From assembly GCA_036272915.1 (NCBI GenBank), contig DATAXV010000112.1, forward strand, positions 22,510 to 86,509: a DNA stretch of 64,000 nucleotides, in the 5' to 3' direction. The position numbers and the translations under genes were made by a program. The notes under the pieces are model-generated. The model saw only the letters and a list, made by a program, of their open reading frames with translations. It was not told the origin of the DNA and searched no databases. Positions 1 through 8,945 of the stretch are shown here, piece by piece; the first letter of the stretch is position 1; each line of letters begins with the position of its first letter. This DNA comes from Candidatus Dormiibacterota bacterium. GTDB taxonomy: Bacteria; Chloroflexota; Dormibacteria; Dormibacterales; Dormibacteraceae.

Positions 1-1040
1 ACAGCCTGATCGAGGACATGACGCTGCGGCCGACGCCGATCGACCTGGTCGAGGAGCCCGCCGACCGGCTGCGACGCTCCCTCGCCCGGCTCCTCCACGT
101 CCCCGCCGAGACGGTGGCGATCACCCGCAACACCGCGCACGGGCTCTCCCTCCTCGCCCAGGGCCTGGACTGGCAGCAGGGCGACAACCTGATCATCGGC
201 AAGGGCGACTACCGGGAGAACGTGCATCCCTGGCGGGCCCTCGCCGAGCGCGGGGTGGAGCTGCGCGAGGCGCCCGCGGTCGACGGCCGGATCACGCCCG
301 AGGCGGTCTTCGACCTGGTCGACGAGCGGACCCGCCTGATCTCCCTCAGCCACGTCCAGCATGCCAACGGGTTCCGGGTCGACCTGACCGCGATCGGCCG
401 CGAGTGCGACCGCCGCGGCATCGTCTTCGCCGTCGACGCCGTCCAGAGCGTTGGCGCACTCCAGCTCGACCTCTCCCAGCTGCCCGTCGACTTCCTCGCC
501 GCGGGCGCCTGCAAGTGGCTGATGGGTCCGATCGGGGCCGGCTTCTGCTACTGCCGCCCGGAGCTGCTCAAGCGCCTGGGGACGCCCCTCGCCGGGGTCC
601 GATCGACCACCCATCCCAAGGACTTCTTCTCCGCTCTCTTCGACGTCTCCGACGAGGCCAGGAGGATCGAGGAGTCGAGCGTCTCGCCGCTGGACATCGT
701 CGCCTTCGGCGTCGCCATTGACCTGCTCCTGGAGGTCGGCCCGGCCGTGGTCGAGAAGTGTGTGCTGGGACTGTCCCGACGCCTCGCCGAGGGCCTCGAC
801 CGGGAGGGCCTGGAGGTGGTCGGTCCCTGGCCGCGCGAGGACCGGGAGTCGAGCGGGATCGTCTCCTTCCGGCGGCCCGGCTCGACCCCAACCGAGATCG
901 TGCGCGAGCTCCGGTGCGCCGGTGTCGTCGGCCGCATCTACCCCGACTCGGTCCGGCTCTCGCCCCACTTCTACAACACCCAGGCCGAGATCGATCGGGT
1001 GGTGCAGATCCTGACTCCGGTCCGGATCTCGGCTCCCTGA
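1..1040 (+). CDS. class V aminotransferase-fold PLP enzyme (cysteine desulfurase / selenocysteine lyase-like); 5' end probably outside the window
   Basis: ORF 18..1040, with the frame open back to nt 3. Motifs ITRNTAHGLSLL, SLSHVQHANG and AVDAVQSVGA, plus the PLP-lysine context AAGACKWLMGP. The N-terminal part of the fold is missing if Met18 were the start. Confidence 0.7.
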   Translation, partial: SLIEDMTLRPTPIDLVEEPADRLRRSLARLLHVPAETVAITRNTAHGLSLLAQGLDWQQGDNLIIGKGDYRENVHPWRALAERGVELREAPAVDGRITPEAVFDLVDERTRLISLSHVQHANGFRVDLTAIGRECDRRGIVFAVDAVQSVGALQLDLSQLPVDFLAAGACKWLMGPIGAGFCYCRPELLKRLGTPLAGVRSTTHPKDFFSALFDVSDEARRIEESSVSPLDIVAFGVAIDLLLEVGPAVVEKCVLGLSRRLAEGLDREGLEVVGPWPREDRESSGIVSFRRPGSTPTEIVRELRCAGVVGRIYPDSVRLSPHFYNTQAEIDRVVQILTPVRISAP

Positions 1041-1059
1041 GCGGGCTCCGCCGGAGCAT

Positions 1060-2241
1060 ATGCCCGAAGCGGCGGAACCGGAGGCCGACCGGCCCCGGCT
1101 GGCGCGTCTGCCCTGGCGCCGGCCGCCGCGGATGCGGGCCGACGACGGAGACGGGGAGGAGCGCCGGGTCAGCTGGTTCGAGCTCTTCTGCGACCTCTTC
1201 TTCGTCGCCTCCATAGCCGAGCTCGGCTTCACCCTCCGCTCCGACTTCACCCCTGAGCGGCTGGTCGTCTACGCCGCCTTCTTCGTTCCCCTGTGGTGGC
1301 TGTGGGTCGTCTACACCTTCTACTTCGACCGCTTCGACACCGACGACCTCCCCCACCGGGCGATCGTGCTGGTGGGCATGTTCGGCGTCGCCCTGGTGGC
1401 GATGAGCCTGCCCCGCGCCCTGACCTCGGGAGGGCCGGCGTTCGTCGCCGGCTACCTGCTCGCGCGGGCCATGGTCGTCGCCCTCTACATCAGGGCCGCC
1501 CGGCACGTCCCGGCGGCCGGGCGGCTGGGCCGGAACTTCGGTGCCGGGTCGGCCGTCGCCGCGTGCGCCTGGATCGCCGGCCTGCTCCTGCCGGGACCGG
1601 GCCGCGAGGTGGCCTGGGCGGTGGCCGTGACCATCGAGCTATCGATACCGTTCGTGGCCAGGGTCGTGGTCGGCGGCACCCCCCGCCACGTATCGCACCT
1701 GACCGAGCGGTACGGGCTGTTCACGATCATCGTCCTCGGCGAGAGCGTCTACGGTGTCGTCGTCGGGCTGTCCGACGCCCGCCTCGACCTTGCCGCCGGC
1801 GCCGACGCGGCCGCCTGCTTCGTCATCGCCGCCGGCTTCTGGTGGATCTACTTCAACCTGGCCAGGGCCTTCGCCGTCCCCCGCTCCGGCTTCGCCACTC
1901 TGCAGGTCTTCGCCTTCGGGCACCTCGCCATCGCCATCGCGATCGCCGCCGCGGGTGCATCCGCGGCCGAGACCATCCAGGGGAGGCACCCGCTTTCGCA
2001 GGCGGCGCTCAGCGCCGGCGTCGCCCTCTTCCTCCTCGCCTGCTGGACGGTGCGCGTCTCCCTCGACCGCCGGACCGACCGGGTCGCCGTGGCCAGGGCG
2101 GCGGCCGGCGTCCTCGCCGCTCTGCTCGTCCCCGTCGGCCTGCTCCTGCCGCAGGTGCCCACCGTTTTCGCGACGGCGCTGCTGCTGGCCGGCGCCGCCC
2201 TCTTCGAGGTGTGGGAGGCGGCGCGACCAGAGCCCGCCTGA
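1060..2241 (+). CDS. low temperature requirement A (LtrA) family membrane protein
   Basis: Signature VSWFELFCDLFFVASIAELG near the N-terminus, followed by multiple hydrophobic helices. The ORF is intact. Confidence 0.75.
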   Translation: MPEAAEPEADRPRLARLPWRRPPRMRADDGDGEERRVSWFELFCDLFFVASIAELGFTLRSDFTPERLVVYAAFFVPLWWLWVVYTFYFDRFDTDDLPHRAIVLVGMFGVALVAMSLPRALTSGGPAFVAGYLLARAMVVALYIRAARHVPAAGRLGRNFGAGSAVAACAWIAGLLLPGPGREVAWAVAVTIELSIPFVARVVVGGTPRHVSHLTERYGLFTIIVLGESVYGVVVGLSDARLDLAAGADAAACFVIAAGFWWIYFNLARAFAVPRSGFATLQVFAFGHLAIAIAIAAAGASAAETIQGRHPLSQAALSAGVALFLLACWTVRVSLDRRTDRVAVARAAAGVLAALLVPVGLLLPQVPTVFATALLLAGAALFEVWEAARPEPA

Positions 2242-2249
2242 TCCGGGAC

Positions 2250-3605
2250 CTACTCGCGCACGGCGCTGATGTTCAGCCGGACGTAGTCGACGACGCACTC
2301 GCCCTGTCCACCACGCTCCCGGTCCCCGGCCACCATCTGAGCATGGACGGCGTCGACGAAGGCGGCGTGATCGCCGGCCGGGATGCGCTGCAGGTGGCTG
2401 CCCAGAACCACGCTGCGGAGGAAGGCGACGGGGTCGTCGGGGCGGACTTCGCGGGGCACCAGCCAGCAGCGGACCTCGGTGAAGCCGCTGTTCCGCAGGC
2501 GCTCCTCGGTCTCCTCGGCTCCGGCGAAATTCCAGGGCCCAGGCCAGCCGCCGAGGTACTCCCGCCACGGGCTCACCTGGCTCACCCTTCCGATCGCGGC
2601 CGTCATCAGGGCGGTGTTGCCGGCGCCTCCGCACTGCGCCTCGAGCCGGCCGCCCGACCGGAGCGCGGCGGCGAGGCGGGCGAACAGCCGGTCGTGGTCG
2701 GCGATCCAGTGGAAGACGGCCGAGGAGACGACGGCGTCGACCGGCCCGGAGAGCTCGAGGCGGGTCAGGTCCTGGACCCGGAGCTCAACCGAGGGCGGCA
2801 GCAGCCGGCGGGCCTCCTCGATCATCGACGGCGCGGCGTCGACACCGATGACGCGTCCTCGGGGCAGGCGCTCGAGCAGCTGGGCGGTCACCTTGCCGCT
2901 GCCACAGCCCGCATCGAGGACGGTCTCGTCACCCGCCAGCGACAGCCGGGAGATGACGTCCGCGCCCCAGCCGGCATGGGGCAGGGAGACCCGGTGGTAG
3001 GTCCCGGCCTCCCAATCCCGCGGCCGCCCTCCGTCGACCAGCTGGATCGTGCTGGGCCCCGGCCAGGGCAGTGTCTCCCGCTCCGTCTCGAACCGGTCGA
3101 TGCGGTCGGTCTGCTGCAGGGTCAGAGCGATGTCGTCGAGACCCTCGAGGAGGCGGCGCCGGGTCTCGGGATCGATCTCGAAGGGGAAGGTCCGGCCTCC
3201 GGAGGCGACCGTGCCGGCGGCCAGGTCGACGCGAGCCTCCCCGGCGCCGGCGACGGCGCGGCACTGCTCGTCGGGCAGGCGGATCGGAAGCAGCCCGACC
3301 TTCGTCGCGTTGGAGAAGAAGATGTCGCCGAAGCTGGGCGCGATCACGGCTCGGAAGCCGTAGTCCTGGATCGCCCACGCGGCGTGCTCGCGGGACGAGC
3401 CGCAGCCGAAGTTGCGGCCGGCGACCAGGATCGGGTTGGCGGGCAGATTCCAGCCCGGCGTTCTCGCCCAGTCGTGGAAGAGGAAGCGGCCGAACCCGGT
3501 CCTCTCGATCCCCTTCAGGAACTGCTTGGGGATGATCTGGTCGGTGTCGACGTCGCCGCGGGGCAGGTCCGAGACCGGGCCCTCGATCACCTTCACGGGA
3601 TCCAT
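2250..3605 (-). CDS. leuD: 3-isopropylmalate dehydratase small subunit (LeuD) fused to a class I SAM-dependent methyltransferase
   Basis: N-terminal ~195 aa carry LeuD motifs: DVDTDQIIPKQFLK, GRNFGCGSSREHAAWAIQDYGF, VIAPSFGDIFFSN. The ORF continues without a stop into a methyltransferase domain with VLDAGCGSGKVTAQLLERLP, VIGVDAAPSMIEEAR and SSAVFHWI. Confidence 0.85.
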   Translation of the reverse strand: MDPVKVIEGPVSDLPRGDVDTDQIIPKQFLKGIERTGFGRFLFHDWARTPGWNLPANPILVAGRNFGCGSSREHAAWAIQDYGFRAVIAPSFGDIFFSNATKVGLLPIRLPDEQCRAVAGAGEARVDLAAGTVASGGRTFPFEIDPETRRRLLEGLDDIALTLQQTDRIDRFETERETLPWPGPSTIQLVDGGRPRDWEAGTYHRVSLPHAGWGADVISRLSLAGDETVLDAGCGSGKVTAQLLERLPRGRVIGVDAAPSMIEEARRLLPPSVELRVQDLTRLELSGPVDAVVSSAVFHWIADHDRLFARLAAALRSGGRLEAQCGGAGNTALMTAAIGRVSQVSPWREYLGGWPGPWNFAGAEETEERLRNSGFTEVRCWLVPREVRPDDPVAFLRSVVLGSHLQRIPAGDHAAFVDAVHAQMVAGDRERGGQGECVVDYVRLNISAVRE

Positions 3606-3618
3606 GTCGCTCCTCCTC

Positions 3619-4898
3619 TCAGCCTCGCGCCGGAACCGTGGCCGGCCATTCGCGGACGTCGACGAAGCGGCCTGCGATGGCCGCCGCGGCCGCCATCTCG
3701 GGGGAGACCAGATGGGTGCGAGCCCCCCTCCCCTGGCGGCCCTCGAAGTTGCGGTTCGAGGTCGAGGCGACCCGCTCGCCAGGCGCGGCGACGTCGGGGT
3801 TCATGCCCAGGCACATCGAGCACCCGGCGGCGCGCCAGTCGAAGCCGGCGTCGATGAAGATGCGGTCGAGGCCCTCGGCCTCGGCCGCCCGCTTGACCCC
3901 GGCCGAACCGGGCACGACCATGGCCTCCACGGAGCCGGCCACCCGGTGCCCCCTGACCACCTCGGCGGCCGCTCGAAGATCGCCCAGGCGGCCGTTGGTG
4001 CAGGAGCCGATGAAGACCCGGTCCAGCGAGAGATCCTCGATCCGCTCCCCACCGCGGAGGCCCATGTACTCCAAGGCCCGTGCCGCGGCGGCGCGATCGT
4101 CGGCCTCCTCGAACTCGTCGGCGCGAGGCACGGCCCCGTCGACCCCGACCACCATCCCCGGTGTCGTGCCCCACGTCACCCGCGGTGAGAGATTCGCCAG
4201 GTCCACCGTCTCCTCCCGGTCGAAGCTCACGTCGGGATCGGATCGGAGCTCCCGCCAGTCCGCCACCGCCGCCTCCCAGGCGGCGCCGCGGGGAGCGCCT
4301 GGCCGGCCGTCGAGGTAGGCGAAGGTGGTGTCGTCCGGCGCGATCATCCCCGCCCGGCTGCCCGCCTCCTCGGTCATGTTGCAGATCGTCATCCGGCCCT
4401 CCATGGCGAGCTCGGTGACGGCTTCGCCGGCGTACTCGACTGGCTGGCGAGCACGTGCTCGACCTCGCTGGTTCCTATGCCGAAGGCGAGCGCGCCGAAG
4501 GCGCCGTGGGTGCTGGTGTGGGAGTCGCCGCAGACGATGGTCATGCCCGGCTGGGTCAGGCCGAGCTCGGGGCCGATCACGTGGACGATGCCCTGGTGCT
4601 CGGATCCAAGTGAGAAGACCGGCACCCCGAACTCGGCGCAGTTGCGCTCCAGCGCCTCGACCTGGAGACGGGAGAGGGCGTCCTTGATCGCCGCCGCCGA
4701 CCGCGTGCCGTCGGTCGGCACGTTGTGGTCGGCGGTGGCCACGGTCCGGTCCGGACGGCGGACGCGGCGTCCCGCCTGGCGGAGGCCGTCGAAGGCCTGC
4801 GGACTGGTCACCTCGTGGATGAGGTGGAGGTCGATGTAGATCAGCCCGTCGGCGCCCTCGTGGGACTCCCACACCTTGTCGAAGAGAGATCGGGGCAT
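3619..4898 (-). pseudogene. leuC: 3-isopropylmalate dehydratase large subunit (LeuC) disrupted by an internal out-of-frame deletion
   Basis: The N-terminal part (track ORF 4389..4898) is LeuC up to [14 protein letters not shown]. The C-terminal part (3' end of track ORF 3619..5325) resumes in another frame at [22 protein letters not shown] and runs to the normal C-terminus, including GSCTNGR and CSMCLGMN. The two parts abut at about nt 4438-4441. Confidence 0.8.
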
Positions 4899-4910
4899 GA
4901 CTGTCTCCTG

Positions 4911-6128
4911 CTACCTGATCGCGTCCGGTGACCGGCGAGCCGGGGCCGGCCCGGTCTCGGGAAGCGGCGTGACGGGGACGGCGGCGACCGCCACCAGCGC
5001 CGCCAGGAGGAAGGCCGAGGCGTAGCCGGCGACGCCGATCAGGGCGCCGACGGCGGGGGGCGCGATCGAGGCGACCAGGTTCTGGCCGGTGTTCTGGGCC
5101 CCGAGCGCCCGGCCCGACCAGCGGACGCCGGCCAGCTCGGCGACCGAGGTGAAGGCGAGGCCGTTGTCGCTCGAGGTGAGGCCGCAGGCGAGGATCAGCA
5201 GCGGGTCGGCGACCCAGGCCGTGATCGACCAGACCGCGCAGCCGGCCAGGGCCGCCATCACCACCGCCGTCGCCGCCGCCAGCTGGCGCACCGGGCGGAG
5301 GCGGCTGCCGACGTGATCGGACCACCGGCCGACTCCGATCCGCATCAGGACGGCGACGATCTGGCCAAGGGCCATCACCCGTCCCGCCGCGGTCGGCGTC
5401 AGGTGCTGCGTGGAGACCAGGAAGACCAGCCCGAAGGCACCGACGGTGAACTGCGGCCAGACCAGCAGCGCGCTGGCCGCATGCACGCGCCAGAGCGTCG
5501 GCGTGCGGTAGGGCGAGCCGGAGGGCGGCGCCTCCCGGGCCGCCGCGGCCGCCGGCCGGGGCGGATCCACCACGAGCAGAACGATGAGCAGGGCGACCAC
5601 GCCGGTCAGGGCGGCGGTGAAGATCAGCGGGCCGCGGATCCCGGCGGCGTGAGCCAGCGGCGGGACCGCGAGCGCCGCGATCGCCATGCCCAGCGGGGTC
5701 GACGTCTGGCGGACGCCCATGGCCAGCCCACGCCCCTGCGCGCTGAACCAGCCCATGACCAGCCGGCCGCTGGAGGCGAAGGCGGACGCGCCGGCGAGAC
5801 CGGCCAGGACGAAGGCGGCGCCCAGCTCCATCGTGCCCCTGGCCGCCAGCGCCAGCAGCAGCGCCGCCATGGCCGCGAAGAGGCCGGCGGCCAGGACCCG
5901 GCGCTCGCCGTGGCGATCGGCGGCGGCGCCCCAGGCGTAAAGGGCGGCGACCAGTCCGGCGGTGGGACAGGCGACGACCAGGCCGGCCTGGGCCAGCGAC
6001 AGGTGGTCGGACGACCTGAGCTCGGGGATGAGGTAGGGCACGCCGTAGACGAAGACGCAGGCCGCCGCCTGCCCTCCGGTGCCCAGCGCCAGCATCAGCC
6101 AGCGCCGGCCGCTCGGGCCAGCTGCCAT
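4911..6128 (-). CDS. MFS transporter
   Basis: 405-aa polytopic hydrophobic protein with a 12-helix-like pattern. It sits between the XRE-cupin regulator and leuC with 4-12 nt spacers. Confidence 0.8.
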   Translation of the reverse strand: MAAGPSGRRWLMLALGTGGQAAACVFVYGVPYLIPELRSSDHLSLAQAGLVVACPTAGLVAALYAWGAAADRHGERRVLAAGLFAAMAALLLALAARGTMELGAAFVLAGLAGASAFASSGRLVMGWFSAQGRGLAMGVRQTSTPLGMAIAALAVPPLAHAAGIRGPLIFTAALTGVVALLIVLLVVDPPRPAAAAAREAPPSGSPYRTPTLWRVHAASALLVWPQFTVGAFGLVFLVSTQHLTPTAAGRVMALGQIVAVLMRIGVGRWSDHVGSRLRPVRQLAAATAVVMAALAGCAVWSITAWVADPLLILACGLTSSDNGLAFTSVAELAGVRWSGRALGAQNTGQNLVASIAPPAVGALIGVAGYASAFLLAALVAVAAVPVTPLPETGPAPARRSPDAIR

Positions 6129-6132
6129 CCGG

Positions 6133-6747
6133 TCAGCTGCGCCGCAGCCCGGCGCTGACGACGGCCAGCAGGACGGCGCCGTCAGGCCCGGGGTTGATGA
6201 AGTGATGCGCGAGGTCGGCGTCGAAGGTCACGCAGTCACCCTCGGCCAGGTGGTGGTCGACGCCGTCGCAGTGCAGGATCACCGAGCCCCGCTCGACCAG
6301 TGCGATCTCGCGGCTGCCCGGCTCGTGCATGGGAGGGTCGCCGGCACGCCCGGTCCGAGCCCCGGGGCGCAGCTCGTGGCGGGTCAGCTCGCAGCGCTGG
6401 CCGGGGAGCGGCGGCGAGAGGATCTCGACCGCGTGCCCGGAGCCCTGGGTGCCGCCCCGCCTGCGCTCACCGCGTCGAACGATGGTGACCGTTCCGCCCT
6501 CGTCCAGGCGGAGAAGCTGGCTCAGCCGCAGGTCGAGGCCGCTGGCGATGCGGGCGGCGACCTGCAGCGTGGGCGAGGTCTCCCCCCGCTCGACCTGACT
6601 GAGGGTCGTCGCCGAGACGCCGCAGCGCTCGGCCAGGTCGCGCAGCGAGAGACCCATGTTCTCGCGGAGGGCCCTCACCCGGGAACCGATCTCGATCCGC
6701 TCGGTCTCGGTCGCGGGTGGCACTGCCAGGTCGAGGTGCGTGGTCAC
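6133..6747 (-). CDS. XRE-family HTH regulator with a C-terminal cupin domain
   Basis: HTH segment IGSRVRALRENMGLSLRDLAERCGVSATTLSQVERGETSP. The C-terminal beta-rich segment with HEPGSREIALVERGSVILH...GDCVTFDADLAHHFIN is typical of cupin sensor domains. GTG start. Confidence 0.85.
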   Translation of the reverse strand: MTTHLDLAVPPATETERIEIGSRVRALRENMGLSLRDLAERCGVSATTLSQVERGETSPTLQVAARIASGLDLRLSQLLRLDEGGTVTIVRRGERRRGGTQGSGHAVEILSPPLPGQRCELTRHELRPGARTGRAGDPPMHEPGSREIALVERGSVILHCDGVDHHLAEGDCVTFDADLAHHFINPGPDGAVLLAVVSAGLRRS

Positions 6748-6788
6748 GAACGTACGGTATCACGTTCATCCGTACAGAATCACGTTCA
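6748..6788. promoter_or_regulatory. candidate operator: ACGTTC-containing inverted and direct repeats immediately upstream of the XRE-cupin gene
   Basis: GAACGT(6748-6753)-N8-ACGTTC(6762-6767) is an inverted repeat. ATCACGTTCA occurs twice as a direct repeat (6759-6768 and 6779-6788). Confidence 0.35.
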
Positions 6789-6796
6789 GCGGTGGG

Positions 6797-8308
6797 CTAC
6801 CAGTCGCCGGGGGGCGGGGGGAGTTCGGGACCGGGTTTCCGGTGGCTCGGCGGGACGGGCGGAGCCGGCCGTCCGCCCTCTCGGGCGAGCCCGCCGAGGA
6901 TCGCCCGGGTCAGGGCGGCGCGGTCGTCCAGCAGCTCGGTCGCGGCCCGGGCGAGGGCGGGACCGTCGACGCGCAGCGGCCCTGTCGGCTGCCCCTCGGC
7001 GGCGATCAGCGCGGCGCGTCTGACCACCTCACGAAGGTAGGTGGCGGTGCAGCCCTCGGTCGCCGCCACCGCCGGCTCCAGGTCGGCCTCACCGAGCTGG
7101 CCGAGCCCGACGGCACCTCCATACAGCCGGAAGAGCCGCACCCTGCCCTCCGGATCGGGAGCCTCGATCGGCACCGCCGCGTCCACCCGTCCCGGTCGCT
7201 CGGCCAGCGCCCGCTCCAGGATGTCGACACGGTTCGTGGTGAGAAGGAAGGTCACGTCGACGTCGTCGCCGAGCCCATCGATGTGATTGAGGACCTCGAA
7301 GAGCAGGGGATTGCCGCCGGGAGGCCCGAAGGAGCGGTCGGCGGCGACCAGGTCCACGTCCTCGAGGATCACGACCGCGGGCTGCAGCGACCGCGCCAGG
7401 CCGCAGACGTAGCTGATGTTGCGGTAGGCCTCGCCGGAGAGGATGAAGGTGGTGACGCCCGGCATCTGAGCGAGGAGGTAGCGGACGGTGTGGGTCTTGC
7501 CGGTGCCGGGCGGGCCGTAGAGCAGCACACCGCGCTTCAGGTGCTGGCCGGCCTCCCGAAGCCGGGACCGGAGCTCGGCGATGCCGAGGACGTGCCGCTC
7601 GATCTGGTCGAGCGTCGCCTCCGGCAGCACCAGCTCCGAGCGGGCCATGACCGGACGCCTGATGAACCGGAGCCCGCCATAGCCGTTCCTGGAGCCTCCG
7701 AAGGCGAGAACCTGGCCGCGCAGGACGCTGCGCTCCACGCTGATCCGGATGACCTCGCTCAGGAACGCTCGCCCGTGATCGGGATCGGCCGCGATCAGCT
7801 CCAGCTGCCCGCTCGGGCTCGGGTTCTGCCGGTCCGAGCCGCGGAGCAGAAGCGCCAGCGGCCGGCCCCGGTCGCTCAGCAGGAAGAGGCCGATGCGGAC
7901 GCAGCTGCGTGTGGTGTCCGGCGAGTCGGCGCAATCGACGTAGTCGACCGGACCCACGCCGACGCCGAGGTCACCGGTCAGCAGCTCGCTCAGCGGGGTG
8001 CCGCGGCGGTGGGGCCCGGTGATGCCGAGCAGCTCCTTGCGGCGATCGTCCGCCTCCTCGGTCCAGGCGGCGAGGGCGGCGTCGATGTCGACCAGCTGGG
8101 CCATCGGGAATTCGTGGGTGACCACCGGCAGCTGTCGCGGATCGCTCCCGAGGTGCTGCCCCAGCCGGCGGACGAGCTCACCACCGGTCGGGTCGTGGAC
8201 CAGGAGGTGGAGATCTCGCACGATCTGCTGCATGCCCGCGGCGAGCCGCCGCAGCTCCTCCTCGGGCAGGGGCCGGAGGCCGGAACCGTCCTCCATGGCC
8301 CCGAGCAT
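6797..8308 (-). CDS. AAA+ ATPase with a ~250-aa N-terminal domain of unknown function
   Basis: Walker A GVLLYGPPGTGKTH, Walker B AVVILEDVDL and second region of homology TTNRVDILERALAERPGRVD. The N-terminal half was not recognised. Confidence 0.8.
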   Translation of the reverse strand: MLGAMEDGSGLRPLPEEELRRLAAGMQQIVRDLHLLVHDPTGGELVRRLGQHLGSDPRQLPVVTHEFPMAQLVDIDAALAAWTEEADDRRKELLGITGPHRRGTPLSELLTGDLGVGVGPVDYVDCADSPDTTRSCVRIGLFLLSDRGRPLALLLRGSDRQNPSPSGQLELIAADPDHGRAFLSEVIRISVERSVLRGQVLAFGGSRNGYGGLRFIRRPVMARSELVLPEATLDQIERHVLGIAELRSRLREAGQHLKRGVLLYGPPGTGKTHTVRYLLAQMPGVTTFILSGEAYRNISYVCGLARSLQPAVVILEDVDLVAADRSFGPPGGNPLLFEVLNHIDGLGDDVDVTFLLTTNRVDILERALAERPGRVDAAVPIEAPDPEGRVRLFRLYGGAVGLGQLGEADLEPAVAATEGCTATYLREVVRRAALIAAEGQPTGPLRVDGPALARAATELLDDRAALTRAILGGLAREGGRPAPPVPPSHRKPGPELPPPPGDW

Positions 8309-8344
8309 AGACCGATACAGCCGGATTGCCTCCTCAGATCCGGA

Positions 8345-8797
8345 TCAGCCGGAGGTCGCGACGAGCGCCTCCCCGTCCACGGTCAGCGTGACCTCGACGT
8401 TGCCCCTGACGGCGTTGGAGTACGGGCAGAGCTGGTGAGCACGCTCCATCAGCGACGAGGCGTCCTCTCGGGACTGCCCGTGGGCGCTGAGATCGAGGGC
8501 GACCTCGAGCCCGAAGCCGCCGTGGCCGGTGGGACCGATGCCGACCCGGGCGGTCACCCGGGAACCGGAGAGGTCGAGATGCCGGCCGGTCGCGGAGGCG
8601 AGAAGCGCGGACTGGAAACAGGCCGCGTAGCCCGCCGCGAAGAGCTCCTCGGGGTTGGTGCCCTCGCCGCCCTTGCCACCCATCGAGTCGGGCACGGCGA
8701 GGTCGAGGTCGAGCCTTCCGTCGCTGCTCCGGACGTGCCCGCTCCGCCCTCCCTCGGCGACCGCCTCAGCGCGGTACAGGACTCTCAAATCGGACAT
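8345..8797 (-). CDS. ohr: organic hydroperoxide resistance protein (Ohr/OsmC family)
   Basis: GTNPEELFAAGYAACF and AHQLCPYSNA carry the two conserved peroxidatic/resolving Cys contexts. The 150-aa length fits the family. Confidence 0.85.
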   Translation of the reverse strand: MSDLRVLYRAEAVAEGGRSGHVRSSDGRLDLDLAVPDSMGGKGGEGTNPEELFAAGYAACFQSALLASATGRHLDLSGSRVTARVGIGPTGHGGFGLEVALDLSAHGQSREDASSLMERAHQLCPYSNAVRGNVEVTLTVDGEALVATSG

Positions 8798-8945
8798 GCC
8801 GACCTCCTCTTCGCGGCCCCTCGAGGACGGACCACAGCCGCGATCGCTGAACGGGGACGGAGTCCGCGCCGTCCTTGATGACCATTGGTCGATAGGAACT
8901 CGATTGGGTGCCGAAGATTCCCCGCTTCTCTGCTACAATCGCGCC

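Noticed and set aside
1293-3857. 854-aa plus-strand ORF and similar very long ORFs: 568..1506(-), 6656..8878(+), 8885..10603(+), 17770..19041(+), 25103..26854(+), 41140..42696(-), 48178..51594(-), 54732..55970(-), 55811..57748(-), 55918..57672(+)
   Set aside because: Their translations are Arg/Pro/Gly/Ala-rich low-information sequence. They lie antisense or out of frame to ORFs with clear family motifs. They are typical shadow ORFs of stop-codon-poor GC-rich DNA.
4899-5325. N-terminal extension of track ORF 3619..5325 (568 aa) as a real protein
   Set aside because: Only its C-terminal ~270 aa are LeuC-like. The extension overlaps the LeuC N-terminal fragment and the MFS gene in other frames and is Arg/Pro/Gly-rich noise. 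It is interpreted as the 3' half of a frameshifted leuC.
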